A stretch of 64,000 nucleotides of DNA, from positions 992,001 to 1,056,000 of the forward strand of contig CAVTBU010000005.1 in NCBI GenBank assembly GCA_963733035.1. Reading direction: 5' to 3'. Of this stretch, positions 53,296 through 62,871 are shown piece after piece; position 1 is the stretch's first letter; every line of letters begins with the position of its first letter. Position numbers and translations under genes: made by a program. Source of the stretch: Pirellulales bacterium. Its GTDB lineage: Bacteria > Planctomycetota > Planctomycetia > Pirellulales > PALSA-1355. Under the pieces are notes generated by a model. That model was not told the origin of the DNA, made no database searches, and saw only the letters and a program-made list of their open reading frames with translations.

Positions 53296-53325
53296 GCACC
53301 TGACAAATTGTCGAGGGACAATGCC

Positions 53326-53610
53326 ATGGCAACGGAAGCCGCAGAAACCTGGCGTCAGTGCTTTGCTCGTTGGCCAAATGACGTCGACCGTCGCGGAGTT
53401 CTAGTAACGTCATTTGGCGAACAAATCGCTTTTGAGTCCTTTGCCGCCAGCGACGACATGCTGCTGATCGAACGACGTTCGCCCGACAATGTCGGCGCGA
53501 GGATGGTGCTGATCGACTATCATCACATCCAAGCTCTCAAGCTGGTCGACGTACTCAAGATGAAAGTCTTTCAGCCGCTCGGATTTGTGTTGCCCCCTTC
53601 GCGCAAGTAA
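53326..53610 (+). CDS. small hypothetical protein
   Basis: Protein-like ORF between the TPR gene and the ATPase. Confidence 0.7.
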   Translation: MATEAAETWRQCFARWPNDVDRRGVLVTSFGEQIAFESFAASDDMLLIERRSPDNVGARMVLIDYHHIQALKLVDVLKMKVFQPLGFVLPPSRK

Positions 53611-53672
53611 CTCGCCACGATCTCCCCTGCCCTGCCTGCGAACCCTTGCCTGCTAGCCTGCCCGAATTCGAA

Positions 53673-54560
53673 ATGAACTCCGTCCAACGCTATTCCACCG
53701 GTGTACCTGGCCTGGACAAGCATCTCGGCGGCGGATTGATACCGGGAACGCTCACCACGATCGTGGGAGCCAGTGGCATCGGCAAAACACAGCTCGGATT
53801 GCAATTCGCTCACACCGGCGCGGCGCAAGAAGGCCGCCGCGGTGTCATCTTCGACCTTAGCGCACGCATCGATCCCCAAAGCCATGTGCCTTATGCCGAA
53901 CGCATGTTCGGGTGGAACGTCACCGCGCATCCACACGGCCGCTTTTCGTCGGACTCGGCGTTTGACCCGGCTCGACCGGTTGGCGAGTACTTGCACGTCT
54001 TCGATCAGACCGGACGTCGTGTGACGCACAGCGAACTTGGATTCGACGCCTGGCACGATTGGCAAGTCGAACTGGCGGCCAAGCTCGAAGTGACGATCGA
54101 CTTCTTCTACTCCAACTTCGCCCGCGGGGCGCGGCGCGTCGTCGTCGATGGCATCGAGCCGGCAACTCGCCCCAGCGACTCCATCCAAATCGAACTCTTC
54201 GAATACGTTTACCACCAGGTTCTGCGCAAAGAATCCGATTGGGTTGCGCGCGATCTGTTTCGGCAGGCGTTTCGAGCGAACCTTGCGGCCATTGAAGAAC
54301 ACGCCTACGACGCCACGCAAGTCGGCGCCGTCCTGCTGATGACCGCGCATGATACGATGCTCGACGACCTGATCGAGCGTCCGCTCGTCGATGGCGATCC
54401 ACTGGCAACCGCCAACACACTGATCTACATGGGCAAGATTCGCGAAGGCAACAAACTCGCCCGCGGGCTGTTCATTGCCAAACACCGCGGCAGCGCCTGT
54501 TCTGACGAGATATTGCGCTACACGATTGACGACGCCGGTCTGCGATTGATCGACGCCTGA
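53673..54560 (+). CDS. KaiC/RAD55-like RecA-superfamily ATPase (single domain)
   Basis: STGVPGLDKHLGGG, GASGIGKT, VVVDG, KHRGS. Confidence 0.85.
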   Translation: MNSVQRYSTGVPGLDKHLGGGLIPGTLTTIVGASGIGKTQLGLQFAHTGAAQEGRRGVIFDLSARIDPQSHVPYAERMFGWNVTAHPHGRFSSDSAFDPARPVGEYLHVFDQTGRRVTHSELGFDAWHDWQVELAAKLEVTIDFFYSNFARGARRVVVDGIEPATRPSDSIQIELFEYVYHQVLRKESDWVARDLFRQAFRANLAAIEEHAYDATQVGAVLLMTAHDTMLDDLIERPLVDGDPLATANTLIYMGKIREGNKLARGLFIAKHRGSACSDEILRYTIDDAGLRLIDA

Positions 54561-54636
54561 ACATCGTGCTCAAGCCAGCGGTCGCCGCTCGACGGGCTTG
54601 AATTCCACCCCTTCGATCTAAATCGCTTCTGGCATT

Positions 54637-54954
54637 CTACCCCTGCGCTTGCAACATCCGCGCCTTGGCCATCGCGTCTTCGGCCTCGGGAATCTTGCCC
54701 GCTCGCTGAAAGGTAACGCTCATGGCTGTGAAACTAAATGGCTCGTTCGGCTCGAGTTCGCAAACCCGCAAGCCATGCTTGATGGCGTCTTCGTGCCGGT
54801 TCAACCGCCCGTAAAGAACGGCCAGAGCGGAATGCGCCAAGGCAAACGTGTCGTCTTGCGACAGCAACGTCTCAAGCTGTTGAGCTGCCTCGTCTAGCTT
54901 GCCTTCGTCTTTGAGGCGTTCGTATTCGCGGTATAGCTCTTCGTTGGTCGGCAT
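54637..54954 (-). CDS. small TPR protein
   Basis: TPR-like helices; GGGAGG RBS. Confidence 0.8.
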   Translation of the reverse strand: MPTNEELYREYERLKDEGKLDEAAQQLETLLSQDDTFALAHSALAVLYGRLNRHEDAIKHGLRVCELEPNEPFSFTAMSVTFQRAGKIPEAEDAMAKARMLQAQG

Positions 54955-55390
54955 TGCCCCTCCCGTCGTTGGCAGAATTCGCTGTAAAGGTACTTGCGGT
55001 CAAGCGGCTTGGGTCTGGCTAGAATTGCTAGCACGCTGGCGATTTTAGCAACTTTCGCCGGCGCTCGCTGGGCCTGCAAGCCGCTGGCCGCCGGCGCTCG
55101 GCAGGCCAGGCCGCCGGGTGCACGTTTTCCCGCATTTCAAGGCCCTTGGCGCGGCCCAGCCGTCATATTCGTTACCTTCGGCAGACTCGTTAGATGTCGT
55201 GTTTTGGGTTGAATTGGCACGCCTGGAAAATCCGATAGTGAAGTCAGCACGAGCACTCGAGAGTTCTCGCCCCCGGCGGGGACGCCAACCGAGTGGCTCG
55301 CCTCCTCGCCATGCCCGCGCGAGGGTCCCTCCCGAGGGACGAAGCCGCCATGGTAGCCGGGAAGCGACCCTGCCTCGGAGAATCTGCACG

Positions 55391-56248
55391 GTGAATATCC
55401 ATCCGCTCGCAATCGTGAGCCCCGCAGCCAAGCTGGGGCCAGGCACCACAGTGGGTCCCTTCTGTATCATCGAGCCCGACGTCGTCCTGGGCGCTGGCTG
55501 CACGCTGGCCAGCCGCGTCGTGATCAAAAACGGCGCTACGCTGGGCGACCACAACACGGTTTGCGAAGGAACCGTGCTCGGAGGCGCGCCCCAACACCTG
55601 CGAACCCCCGAACGAATGGGCCGCATTCTGATCGGCTCTCACAACACCTTCCGCGAGAACGTGACGGTCCATCGGGCCTTGAGCGAAGACGCGGTGACCA
55701 CAATTGGCGATCACAACTTGCTGATGGTTGGCGCGCATGTGGCCCACGACTGCACGGTGGGCAATCACGTCGTGCTCGCCAACAACGCCCTGCTGGGAGG
55801 CTTTGTGTCGGTGGCGGACCGGGCGTTCGTGTCCGGGGCCGTGGCCGTGCACCAATTCTGCCGCATCGGTCGCATGGCAATGGTCGGCGGCTGCGCCCGC
55901 GTGGTTCAAGACATCCCGCCGTACGTCATGGTCGACGGCCACAGCGGACTGATCGTGGGGTTGAACCTGGTCGGTTTGCGTCGCAATGGTTTCAGTCATG
56001 AGCAGATCGCACAACTCAAAGCAGCCTATCGCACCATTTATCGTAGTGGCCTGAACTGGAAAGGCGTGCTCGAAGCTCTCGTCCGCGAGTACCCAGAGGG
56101 TCCAGCGGCCGACTTCCATCCGTTCCTTTCGCAGGGCACGCGGGGCTTTGTCCAAGAGCGACGCATGCCGCCGACCGCCACGCTCAAACTCCGCCGCGCC
56201 AGCGACGACGATGGCGAAGGCCACCGCTACCGGGCCAAAGCCGGCTAG
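55391..56248 (+). CDS. lpxA: acyl-ACP--UDP-N-acetylglucosamine O-acyltransferase
   Basis: IHPLAIV, hexapeptide repeats, HVAHDC, VHQFCRIG, DIPPY, GLNLVGLRR. Confidence 0.92.
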   Translation: MNIHPLAIVSPAAKLGPGTTVGPFCIIEPDVVLGAGCTLASRVVIKNGATLGDHNTVCEGTVLGGAPQHLRTPERMGRILIGSHNTFRENVTVHRALSEDAVTTIGDHNLLMVGAHVAHDCTVGNHVVLANNALLGGFVSVADRAFVSGAVAVHQFCRIGRMAMVGGCARVVQDIPPYVMVDGHSGLIVGLNLVGLRRNGFSHEQIAQLKAAYRTIYRSGLNWKGVLEALVREYPEGPAADFHPFLSQGTRGFVQERRMPPTATLKLRRASDDDGEGHRYRAKAG

Positions 56249-56975
56249 CGCTTCCGCAGCACACAAGTTCGGTGTCCGCTCCCAGGGGTCGGAAACGCTG
56301 GTTTCCGGCCCCTTGCCGTTTTCGCGGCGCGGCCAAGTGCCTGCTGCCTCGAACCCAGCCGCATTGTGCGGCAGGCGCCGGCTCGATTTCAACCACCGGC
56401 GAACGCGTGCACGATTGTTCGGTGTGCAACGGGCGGCCCGGCCGCTCCCCACGGCGCCGACAAGTGCGTCGATTGGCCCGGTTCGGAATTCGCAAAGTTT
56501 TCGAGTGGCATTTTTTCGGGATGAAAGTTGTGCGCACTTTTCTTTTCGCCTTTTGTAACCTGAAAAATGACACCTGTCGTAGCACGCAGCTTTCGCATTT
56601 TGCCCGATATGAAACATGACGATCCTCCGCGCGTCCCCTGTGCAGAATTTGCCGACCGTAGGCTAGCCCAGGTGCTGGCCCGATTGATAGAGGCAAAGTC
56701 GTGCAGGGCGTTCCCTAGCTGTGCGCGGCAGGAAGAATGCAGGCGAAATGCCACGCACAGCCGCACCAAGCGTAAAGAGCGACCGCCAGCGTCAAGCACA
56801 AAAATGTACTAGCATTCTGGTCGGGTGCCGGTACTACAGTTCGAGGCGCGAACCGGAAGCGTCGGATTGGCGCAGGCACGAGCAAGCAAGGTTGATGCCG
56901 CCGCCACGTCGCACCCGTGCCCGTATTGGTTCCGGGCGCCTTTAGTTTGTTGCGCGCAAGTCTCGCGCTGAGCCT

Positions 56976-57977
56976 TCAATCCGCCAACGTCATGCCCGTA
57001 CGCTTACGAATTGGGGGCGCAGGGCATTTGCGTAAATAGTCGAGTATCTCGGAGACTTGGGCGGTAGCCAGAGCCAGGCAGCTATCGGCTCCACCGTAGT
57101 ACATGCGGATGGCGCCACTCGTTTTGTCCAGAATCCAACCGCATGGAAAAACCACGCCGTTGACATCCCCCTGGCGTTCGTACGGCATTTCCGGTGCAAA
57201 GATCCATTCGTCACTGCGCCGCAAAACCCGACACGGATCTTCCAGATCGAGCAATGCAAGTCCCAAGCGATAAAGGCAACCACCCGCAGTCACGCGTACA
57301 CCGTGATACAAGATGAGCCAGCCTTCAGGCGTCTCCAAGGGCGGAGGGCTGAGGCCAATTTTGTTGGCATCCCACCATGCCCCACGCCGCGCATGCAACA
57401 GAATGTGGTGATCACCCCAATGCGTAAGATCCGGCGAAAACGAAATCCACATGTGAGCGCCAAGCCCGGCAGACACGGGGCGATGGATCATTGCGTAGCG
57501 GTTGCCGAAGCGGCGGGGAAAGATCGCGGCATCCTTGTCGTCTGGTGGCATGACCGGGCCAAGTCGCGCGAAATGAACAAAATCTTTTGTCGCAGCCAAT
57601 GACACCAGCGGACCGCTGGTTGAATACGCCGTGTAGGCGATGATCCACTCGTTGCGTTCTTCAATCCAGGTTACACGGGGATCCTCAACGCCCCAGGCTT
57701 CTTCGGGAAAGTCAGCGGGGTCGGCTGCGAAACTCGGCCTCGAATCAATTTGCCAGTTGCCAATTCCGTCGTTACTTCGGGCAACGCAAAGATGCGAATG
57801 GCCTCGCCGGTCTTCGACTCGTACCAGTAGAATCGTTTCGTCGCCCGACTGACATGCGCCGGCATTAAAAATCGAATGCGCTGGATAAGGCCAATCGTGG
57901 GCCGTGAGGATTGGGTTCGTGGAATTGCGATGGAACAGGTCAACGTGCAAATTGGCGACCGTCGATTCTCGACGCAT
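56976..57977 (-). CDS. GH130-family glycosidase/mannoside phosphorylase
   Basis: NPIL, IFNAGA, GVEDPR, DKDA, YHGV, VVFPCG, YYGGAD. Confidence 0.88.
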   Translation of the reverse strand: MRRESTVANLHVDLFHRNSTNPILTAHDWPYPAHSIFNAGACQSGDETILLVRVEDRRGHSHLCVARSNDGIGNWQIDSRPSFAADPADFPEEAWGVEDPRVTWIEERNEWIIAYTAYSTSGPLVSLAATKDFVHFARLGPVMPPDDKDAAIFPRRFGNRYAMIHRPVSAGLGAHMWISFSPDLTHWGDHHILLHARRGAWWDANKIGLSPPPLETPEGWLILYHGVRVTAGGCLYRLGLALLDLEDPCRVLRRSDEWIFAPEMPYERQGDVNGVVFPCGWILDKTSGAIRMYYGGADSCLALATAQVSEILDYLRKCPAPPIRKRTGMTLAD

Positions 57978-58021
57978 GCATTTTTCCTTTTGGGCGGTTT
58001 CTCAGGCTTGGTTCACGGAAC

Positions 58022-59098
58022 TTATCCGTTCCCGACGGCAGCTTGCGGGCTACCATCTAGGACGCGCTGAAGATTGCAGTTGTGGACTTCGGTCCACAAG
58101 TAAGCGAGTGTCGATTCGGCACCTTGGTTTCGGTTGATGCCCGACGCGTGCAGACCATCGCAACAGGCTCCCCGGGGAGCATCGACCAGAGGCTTTCGCA
58201 AGCTATTCTGGCCGTGGAACCAGCCATGTGCGCGGCGAAAGGTGGACAAGTACTTCTCTTCTCGTTGGCGTCCGAAAGCGGTTAGCGCCGCTTCGGCCAT
58301 CGTGGACGCCTCGACCGGCTGTTGATCGTGCAAGGCTTTGCTTTGCTTAGGGGCGTGCCATCCCCCATTGCCAATTGGCCAAAACACGCCTTCGGCTGTT
58401 GTTTCGCGGTCGAGGAACGAAAACGCAGCCTCTGCTACGGCAAAAAAGGGCTCCGTTGGCCAGCGTTGGGACGCGGCGAACAGCGCATGCGGTAATACGG
58501 CATTGGCGTAGGTCATGCGAGGCTCGAACCACAACCAGTCCGCTGACCGACATCGCTCGAAGCACTCGACCAGTTGCCGAGCCGCGTACCAAGCAATGTT
58601 TTCCAGTGATGCGGCATCGGCCACTTCGGATCGGCAAAGATGATCCCACGCCAGCACGATATACGCCTGGGCCCGCGGGCTGCGCACGTCGATGAGCGTA
58701 GGCACAAGCGAGCCGATAAGTTCCCGAGCCAACCGCCGATGATCGTCTGGCAATTTACTGCCGAGTACTTCGGCTAACGCAAGGACGGCTTGTCCTTGGC
58801 AGTCGTCGCAGCCTTTTGCGTCCAGCCAACTACGTTGATAACTGAGGTAATTATGAAAGCCTCCGTCGGCACACTGCGCAAATTGCAAGAATCCCAGATA
58901 ACGTGTCACGCGTTCAAGCATTCTTGGGTCGGGGCGTTCCGAGCACAATTGAGCACAAAGCCGCAAAGCGCGGGCGTTATCGTCGGTCGTATAGCCGCTC
59001 TCGCGCCGCGGAATGCTGTAGATCGCATGCTGAATCAAGCCAGTCGAGTCCGTCATGCGGTCCAAATGATCCAGAACGACCGGATTGTGACGATGCAC
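58022..59098 (-). CDS. (alpha/alpha)6-like protein usually found fused to or beside GT4 glycosyltransferases
   Basis: TDSTGLIQHA, GYTTDDNARAL, WFE..MTYANA, DQQPVEA, NQGAESTLA; GTG start overlaps the upstream stop. Confidence 0.8.
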   Translation of the reverse strand: MHRHNPVVLDHLDRMTDSTGLIQHAIYSIPRRESGYTTDDNARALRLCAQLCSERPDPRMLERVTRYLGFLQFAQCADGGFHNYLSYQRSWLDAKGCDDCQGQAVLALAEVLGSKLPDDHRRLARELIGSLVPTLIDVRSPRAQAYIVLAWDHLCRSEVADAASLENIAWYAARQLVECFERCRSADWLWFEPRMTYANAVLPHALFAASQRWPTEPFFAVAEAAFSFLDRETTAEGVFWPIGNGGWHAPKQSKALHDQQPVEASTMAEAALTAFGRQREEKYLSTFRRAHGWFHGQNSLRKPLVDAPRGACCDGLHASGINRNQGAESTLAYLWTEVHNCNLQRVLDGSPQAAVGNG

Positions 59099-60333
59099 TA
59101 CAAGCCCCTTTGCAAAGATCGTTCATAGGGTTTCAGCTCACTCGACGCGGCGACGATCTTCCGATGGAGTCGCGTGATGTTGGCCCGTCGGGTCGATACG
59201 ATTCGGCCGAAGAGCTTTAAATACTTGTGTCCCACATTGTTCCAATGCATCGGACGGGAATACTCGTAGGCCCTGCGACGCGTCTCGAATTGAAACTTGC
59301 TATCGCCAAGGAATCGCAGTGCCGCATCGGCGAGGCCATCGCTCTGTTCAAATGGCGTTAGCAGGCCCCGACCGTCGGCCAGGACTTCTTGAGCATACAG
59401 ATAGGGAGTGCTGACGACTGCCAGCCCCGCCGACAGGGCATACGCCAATGTGCCGCTGGCAATCTGATCTTTTCCGGGATACGGAGTAACGTAGACATCG
59501 CAGGCTTGCAAGTATGCCAGCAGATCGGCCAAGCAAAGAAACTGATTTACGAAACGTACATGTTCGCCCACGCCCAGGCTTTGGGCCATGGCCGCCAGAC
59601 TTTCGCGATAGACCTCGCCCTCCTGACGTTTGACCAGCGGATGAGTGGCGCCGACGATCAGATATATCGCGTCTGGGTAGGCGGCCACGATGCGGGGCAT
59701 GGCTTGGATCATGTACTCCAGGCCCTTTCCTCGATTGATGAGGCCGAACGTGCAGATGACACGCTTCCCCGCCAACCCAATCCGCGCCTTGTGCAATTCA
59801 TCGCGATCAAAGGGAACTTCCGGCACGCCATGGGGAATCACCCGAATTCGGCGACTAGAGACGGCGTACACGCTGCGCAAGAGTTTCGCGGCAATCTCTG
59901 TCATGACCACCAAGCCCTGACTGTGCGCGGCGATCCGCTGGATCACGCGGCGCGGTAGCGGAGCGGGTTCGGTCATCAACGTATGAAAGGTCGTTACGAT
60001 GGGCTTGTGACATGCTTGTACGAACTGCAGTACGTCCTTTCCCCACTCGCCCGGGTAAAGTCCGAACTCATGTTGCAGGCTTACTACGTCGCAAGGGCCG
60101 TCGTTGGCCATTTCGGCAGCTATTCGGTAGGCGCCTCGCCGCGAGTTCTCTATGACGTGCACCACGCGAGGATCGTGCAGTTGAACCGGCCCCATCTTGC
60201 GGATCGCCGCGACCGACGAAATGTCGGAACCGGCTGCCAGGTCCACAGCGTCAGCCGAATCCCTGGTAAACGTGGCCAGCCCGCATTCCTCTGGCGGGTA
60301 GGTCGAAACAAACAGCGGTCGGACGATTTCCAT
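59098..60333 (-). CDS. glycosyltransferase family 4
   Basis: STYPP..CGLATFT, QHEFGLY, IPHG, TFGL..GKG, SGTLAYA, VVSTPY. Confidence 0.9.
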   Translation of the reverse strand: MEIVRPLFVSTYPPEECGLATFTRDSADAVDLAAGSDISSVAAIRKMGPVQLHDPRVVHVIENSRRGAYRIAAEMANDGPCDVVSLQHEFGLYPGEWGKDVLQFVQACHKPIVTTFHTLMTEPAPLPRRVIQRIAAHSQGLVVMTEIAAKLLRSVYAVSSRRIRVIPHGVPEVPFDRDELHKARIGLAGKRVICTFGLINRGKGLEYMIQAMPRIVAAYPDAIYLIVGATHPLVKRQEGEVYRESLAAMAQSLGVGEHVRFVNQFLCLADLLAYLQACDVYVTPYPGKDQIASGTLAYALSAGLAVVSTPYLYAQEVLADGRGLLTPFEQSDGLADAALRFLGDSKFQFETRRRAYEYSRPMHWNNVGHKYLKLFGRIVSTRRANITRLHRKIVAASSELKPYERSLQRGL

Positions 60334-60336
60334 CAG

Positions 60337-60540
60337 TCACCTTCGGTTATTGGTTCCGTGTGTCGAGAATCCTGTGAAGACTTCATCGAGCCCTTGCCGT
60401 CTTTTTTTGCAGTCGCGGCCATCGCCCTCGGTGACGCGTGGCCGGCGCTCCTTTTCCCCACTGCCGTCCGAAGGGAACAGCAATCCGTGCCAAACGCCGA
60501 CGACGACCACAGCAACCGCGAGCACCAGCAGCACTTCCAT
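60337..60540 (-). CDS. small membrane-anchored hypothetical protein
   Basis: N-terminal hydrophobic helix; ends 3 nt before the GT4 start. Confidence 0.45.
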   Translation of the reverse strand: MEVLLVLAVAVVVVGVWHGLLFPSDGSGEKERRPRVTEGDGRDCKKRRQGLDEVFTGFSTHGTNNRR

Positions 60541-60627
60541 AAATGCGCCTGTCGTGGTTGGCCGAGTTTTCTTGAGCGAGCGGTACAGAGAAACTCCCCT
60601 CGGGCACGCCGCCGAGCGTGGCCGCTC

Positions 60628-60774
60628 TTAGGTCAGTCGGCGACCTTGAAACACGTTAACGAGCAGCACCACAAGCGCGACTACTAGCAGAGCGTGAATG
60701 AGTCCGCCCCCAACTCCGAAGCCGAACCCCAAGGCCCACAACAGCAGTACGATTAACAAGACGGTCCACAACAT
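60628..60774 (-). CDS. 48-aa membrane protein, lmo0937/DUF5670-like
   Basis: Translated by hand: MLWTVLLIVLLLWALGFGFGVGGGLIHALLVVALVVLLVNVFQGRRLT; GAGGTG RBS; below the ORF-track size cutoff. Confidence 0.85.
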   Translation of the reverse strand: MLWTVLLIVLLLWALGFGFGVGGGLIHALLVVALVVLLVNVFQGRRLT

Positions 60775-60880
60775 ACGTCACCTCAGCGTGTAAAATTTCT
60801 CATTCGATCAAGCAAATATGGTCTGTGGGGAGACATGGCGATGCGCTCCGGCAGCACTCTGTCCGCCTCTAATTTTTCGC

Positions 60881-61156
60881 TTAAGATGGCATGATCATCT
60901 CAATGGAGTTAGTCCCAGCATCGCCGCCATGCGTCACCGATGCGGCCGCATCGTGATTCAACGGATTCAATTGGCCGCCGTTGTGAATTCGTTCCCAGAC
61001 CTCCAGGCGATGGACCGGAATGTCGGGATCAACGTCGAATCCCAGTTTCACCTTCTCGCCGCGAATCTCGAGCACGGTAACTTTCAGCATGCGCTGAACG
61101 CCGTCGGCGCCTCCAACCACGACCGACTCCTTGTTCCTTCTCGTCAGCACTAGCAT
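60881..61156 (-). CDS. csrA: carbon storage regulator CsrA-family RNA-binding protein
   Basis: MLVLTRR..ESVVVG..VTVLEI.G.KVKLGF....IPVHR.EV. Confidence 0.88.
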   Translation of the reverse strand: MLVLTRRNKESVVVGGADGVQRMLKVTVLEIRGEKVKLGFDVDPDIPVHRLEVWERIHNGGQLNPLNHDAAASVTHGGDAGTNSIEMIMPS

Positions 61157-61179
61157 CGTCGCACCTTCCTTTCTCATGC

Positions 61180-61593
61180 CTACCTCTGCGTTCCATTTCC
61201 GCTCCAGGTTCCGGCAGTCACACTGTCGGTGAGCAGGAACACTTGAACCACCGTTCCGGTAGTAAACGCCTTCACGACGGTACCCGACGTCGGTGCGATC
61301 TCGACCCCCGATTCACGCACGTTTACCCCAGTGATTCGCTTGATTTCGTCCCGCAGCGAGTCGGCAGAGTTGTCGAACAGCTGACGGTGAAACTTCTGCA
61401 CCTGGACGGCTCCTTCCGGGGTCTTGGCCAATGCCTGCTCCGCCGGTGACAACGCCCCTTGGAGCGTGATGACCAGCGTATTCTCACTGAACACGACAGT
61501 TACCGACTGGGGCATGATGCCAGTCCGTCGGCGCTCGAAATCACTGGCTGCCAAGGCGACTTCCTTCGCCATCGCCGAACTGGAATTATCCAT
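61180..61593 (-). CDS. DUF2294 / MpsC-family protein
   Basis: TG..PQSVTV....TLVITL.GALSPAEQAL...L..EIKRITGV.V; AAAGGAG RBS. Confidence 0.75.
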   Translation of the reverse strand: MDNSSSAMAKEVALAASDFERRRTGIMPQSVTVVFSENTLVITLQGALSPAEQALAKTPEGAVQVQKFHRQLFDNSADSLRDEIKRITGVNVRESGVEIAPTSGTVVKAFTTGTVVQVFLLTDSVTAGTWSGNGTQR

Positions 61594-61631
61594 TGGGTCG
61601 CTCCTTTCAGTTGTGCCCGCGGCAAGCAACC

Positions 61632-61745
61632 GAAACAAAAAAAGCCGACGTGGTGAAACACCCATAGGTGTCCCAACACGTCGGCTTACTCGTTAACGAG
61701 CCGCCCGGCATCGCCGGGCTGCCCTTTAGTTAGTCGTCCGATAAA
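61632..61745 (-). promoter_or_regulatory. conserved leader RNA with overlapping intrinsic terminator, copy 1
   Basis: Near-identical to 62872-62985; AAGCCGACGUG...CACGUCGGC-U7 ends ~40 nt upstream of the DUF2294 start. Confidence 0.85.
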
Positions 61746-61793
61746 CTCAAGAATACGCGGAACCGAATCAGAATGGCCTTCACGAACACCTTA

Positions 61794-61825
61794 ATCATAG
61801 TGTTTGTACCCTAGAAAGCAAACGA
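61794..61825 (-). promoter_or_regulatory. sigma70-like promoter for leader copy 1
   Basis: tcgtTTGCTT-N16-TATGAT. Confidence 0.6.
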
Positions 61826-61865
61826 GAGCCTGTTCCGCCTGCATTTCCGCCCGGAAGGATTTCCA

Positions 61866-62054
61866 TTAGTCCTCCTTGATCGACTTGTCCATGGCCTTGA
61901 GGCATTTGTCGCACATTGGTCCGAGTGATTCTGCTACCACCACTAGCGTTTCTGGAAGCGCGCCATGATGGTGCAGCAGATGCTTGAGTCGTGGAAGCCA
62001 CTGTGTAGCCTCCTGGCCAATCATCAAGGACCGGCAGGTTTTGCAAATTTGCAT
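61866..62054 (-). CDS. small putative Zn-binding protein
   Basis: CKTC...CDKC pairs, 62 aa. Confidence 0.45.
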   Translation of the reverse strand: MQICKTCRSLMIGQEATQWLPRLKHLLHHHGALPETLVVVAESLGPMCDKCLKAMDKSIKED

Positions 62055-62072
62055 ACGATCAACAGCTTTTTT

Positions 62073-62306
62073 CTAGGTCGCCAACTGATCGCGAGCTCGG
62101 CCCTGACGGTCGAAACGGGTGCCGCACTTGGGGCAAGTCCAATCGCCCAGAACGAGTTCCGCGGATTGGTTGGACAAGCGAATCACGGGGAGTCCGCCGC
62201 CGCACTCACGGCAAGTCTTCCGACCCATCCCTGTCGAAAAAAAGGCGATCAGCGCAAACCCAACAAACACGGCCAGCGTTATGGTCCCAATCAAAAGAAT
62301 TTGCAT
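62073..62306 (-). CDS. small membrane protein with zinc ribbon
   Basis: N-terminal TM helix; CREC...WTCPKCG.RFDRQG; abuts the upstream stop. Confidence 0.7.
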   Translation of the reverse strand: MQILLIGTITLAVFVGFALIAFFSTGMGRKTCRECGGGLPVIRLSNQSAELVLGDWTCPKCGTRFDRQGRARDQLAT

Positions 62307-62828
62307 CTACAGACTCCCGGGCAATTCGGTCCTAGTTTCAAGCAATGGTTGTCGGTGGGAAGTGGCTTCATCGGTAACGACGCTTAAGCGCGACGTTCTC
62401 AAATAGGGAGCGTCGTCGAGAGCGAATTCCACCGCAACGCTCCGCTCCAATTGATCGAATCGACGATTTGTCAGCGCTGACGCATCAAAGAAGACGTCGC
62501 CGGCGGGCGTTCGAATATAGCCGTATCCCACGGTGTTGTGGCTGGGAACCAAATGCGTCGACGGAACATCCGTCCCGCAGGAAAGGAATTTCAGTTGACT
62601 AATCACACCCCGCACCAACCCCGGCGGCTGAGGACGGGAAGTCTGAGCGAGAGTCGCAGGTGTTACTACTCGAATTCCATTTCTTTTGTCGCCGATCAAT
62701 TCGTTTTCCATTCCAGCCTGTCCATACGATTCGCATTGCCCGCCATCGTCACACCAACGATCCTTTGCGGACGCTTCGGAGCCAAGCAACGAATTCTGAC
62801 TGCTCGACGGCGTGTTGATAGATTTCAT
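62307..62828 (-). CDS. protein with C-terminal cold-shock-domain-like OB fold
   Basis: GYGYI..PAGDVFFDASAL...FDQL....VEF (RNP1/RNP2-like); start uncertain. Confidence 0.55.
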   Translation of the reverse strand: MKSINTPSSSQNSLLGSEASAKDRWCDDGGQCESYGQAGMENELIGDKRNGIRVVTPATLAQTSRPQPPGLVRGVISQLKFLSCGTDVPSTHLVPSHNTVGYGYIRTPAGDVFFDASALTNRRFDQLERSVAVEFALDDAPYLRTSRLSVVTDEATSHRQPLLETRTELPGSL

Positions 62829-62871
62829 GACGCATACCACCAAAGGATCACGCCGGTTCCCAATTTGACGA

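Noticed and set aside
55244..56617. 457-aa minus-strand ORF
   Set aside because: Antisense to lpxA and not protein-like.
56249..56975. tRNA or att site at the edge of the accessory block
   Set aside because: No cloverleaf, direct repeat or integrase could be identified in this intergenic stretch.
61594..61665. Longer upstream starts given by the ORF track for the DUF2294 gene (and 62829-62915 for the CSD-like gene)
   Set aside because: They run through the terminator hairpins; the downstream ATG at 61593 has a strong RBS.
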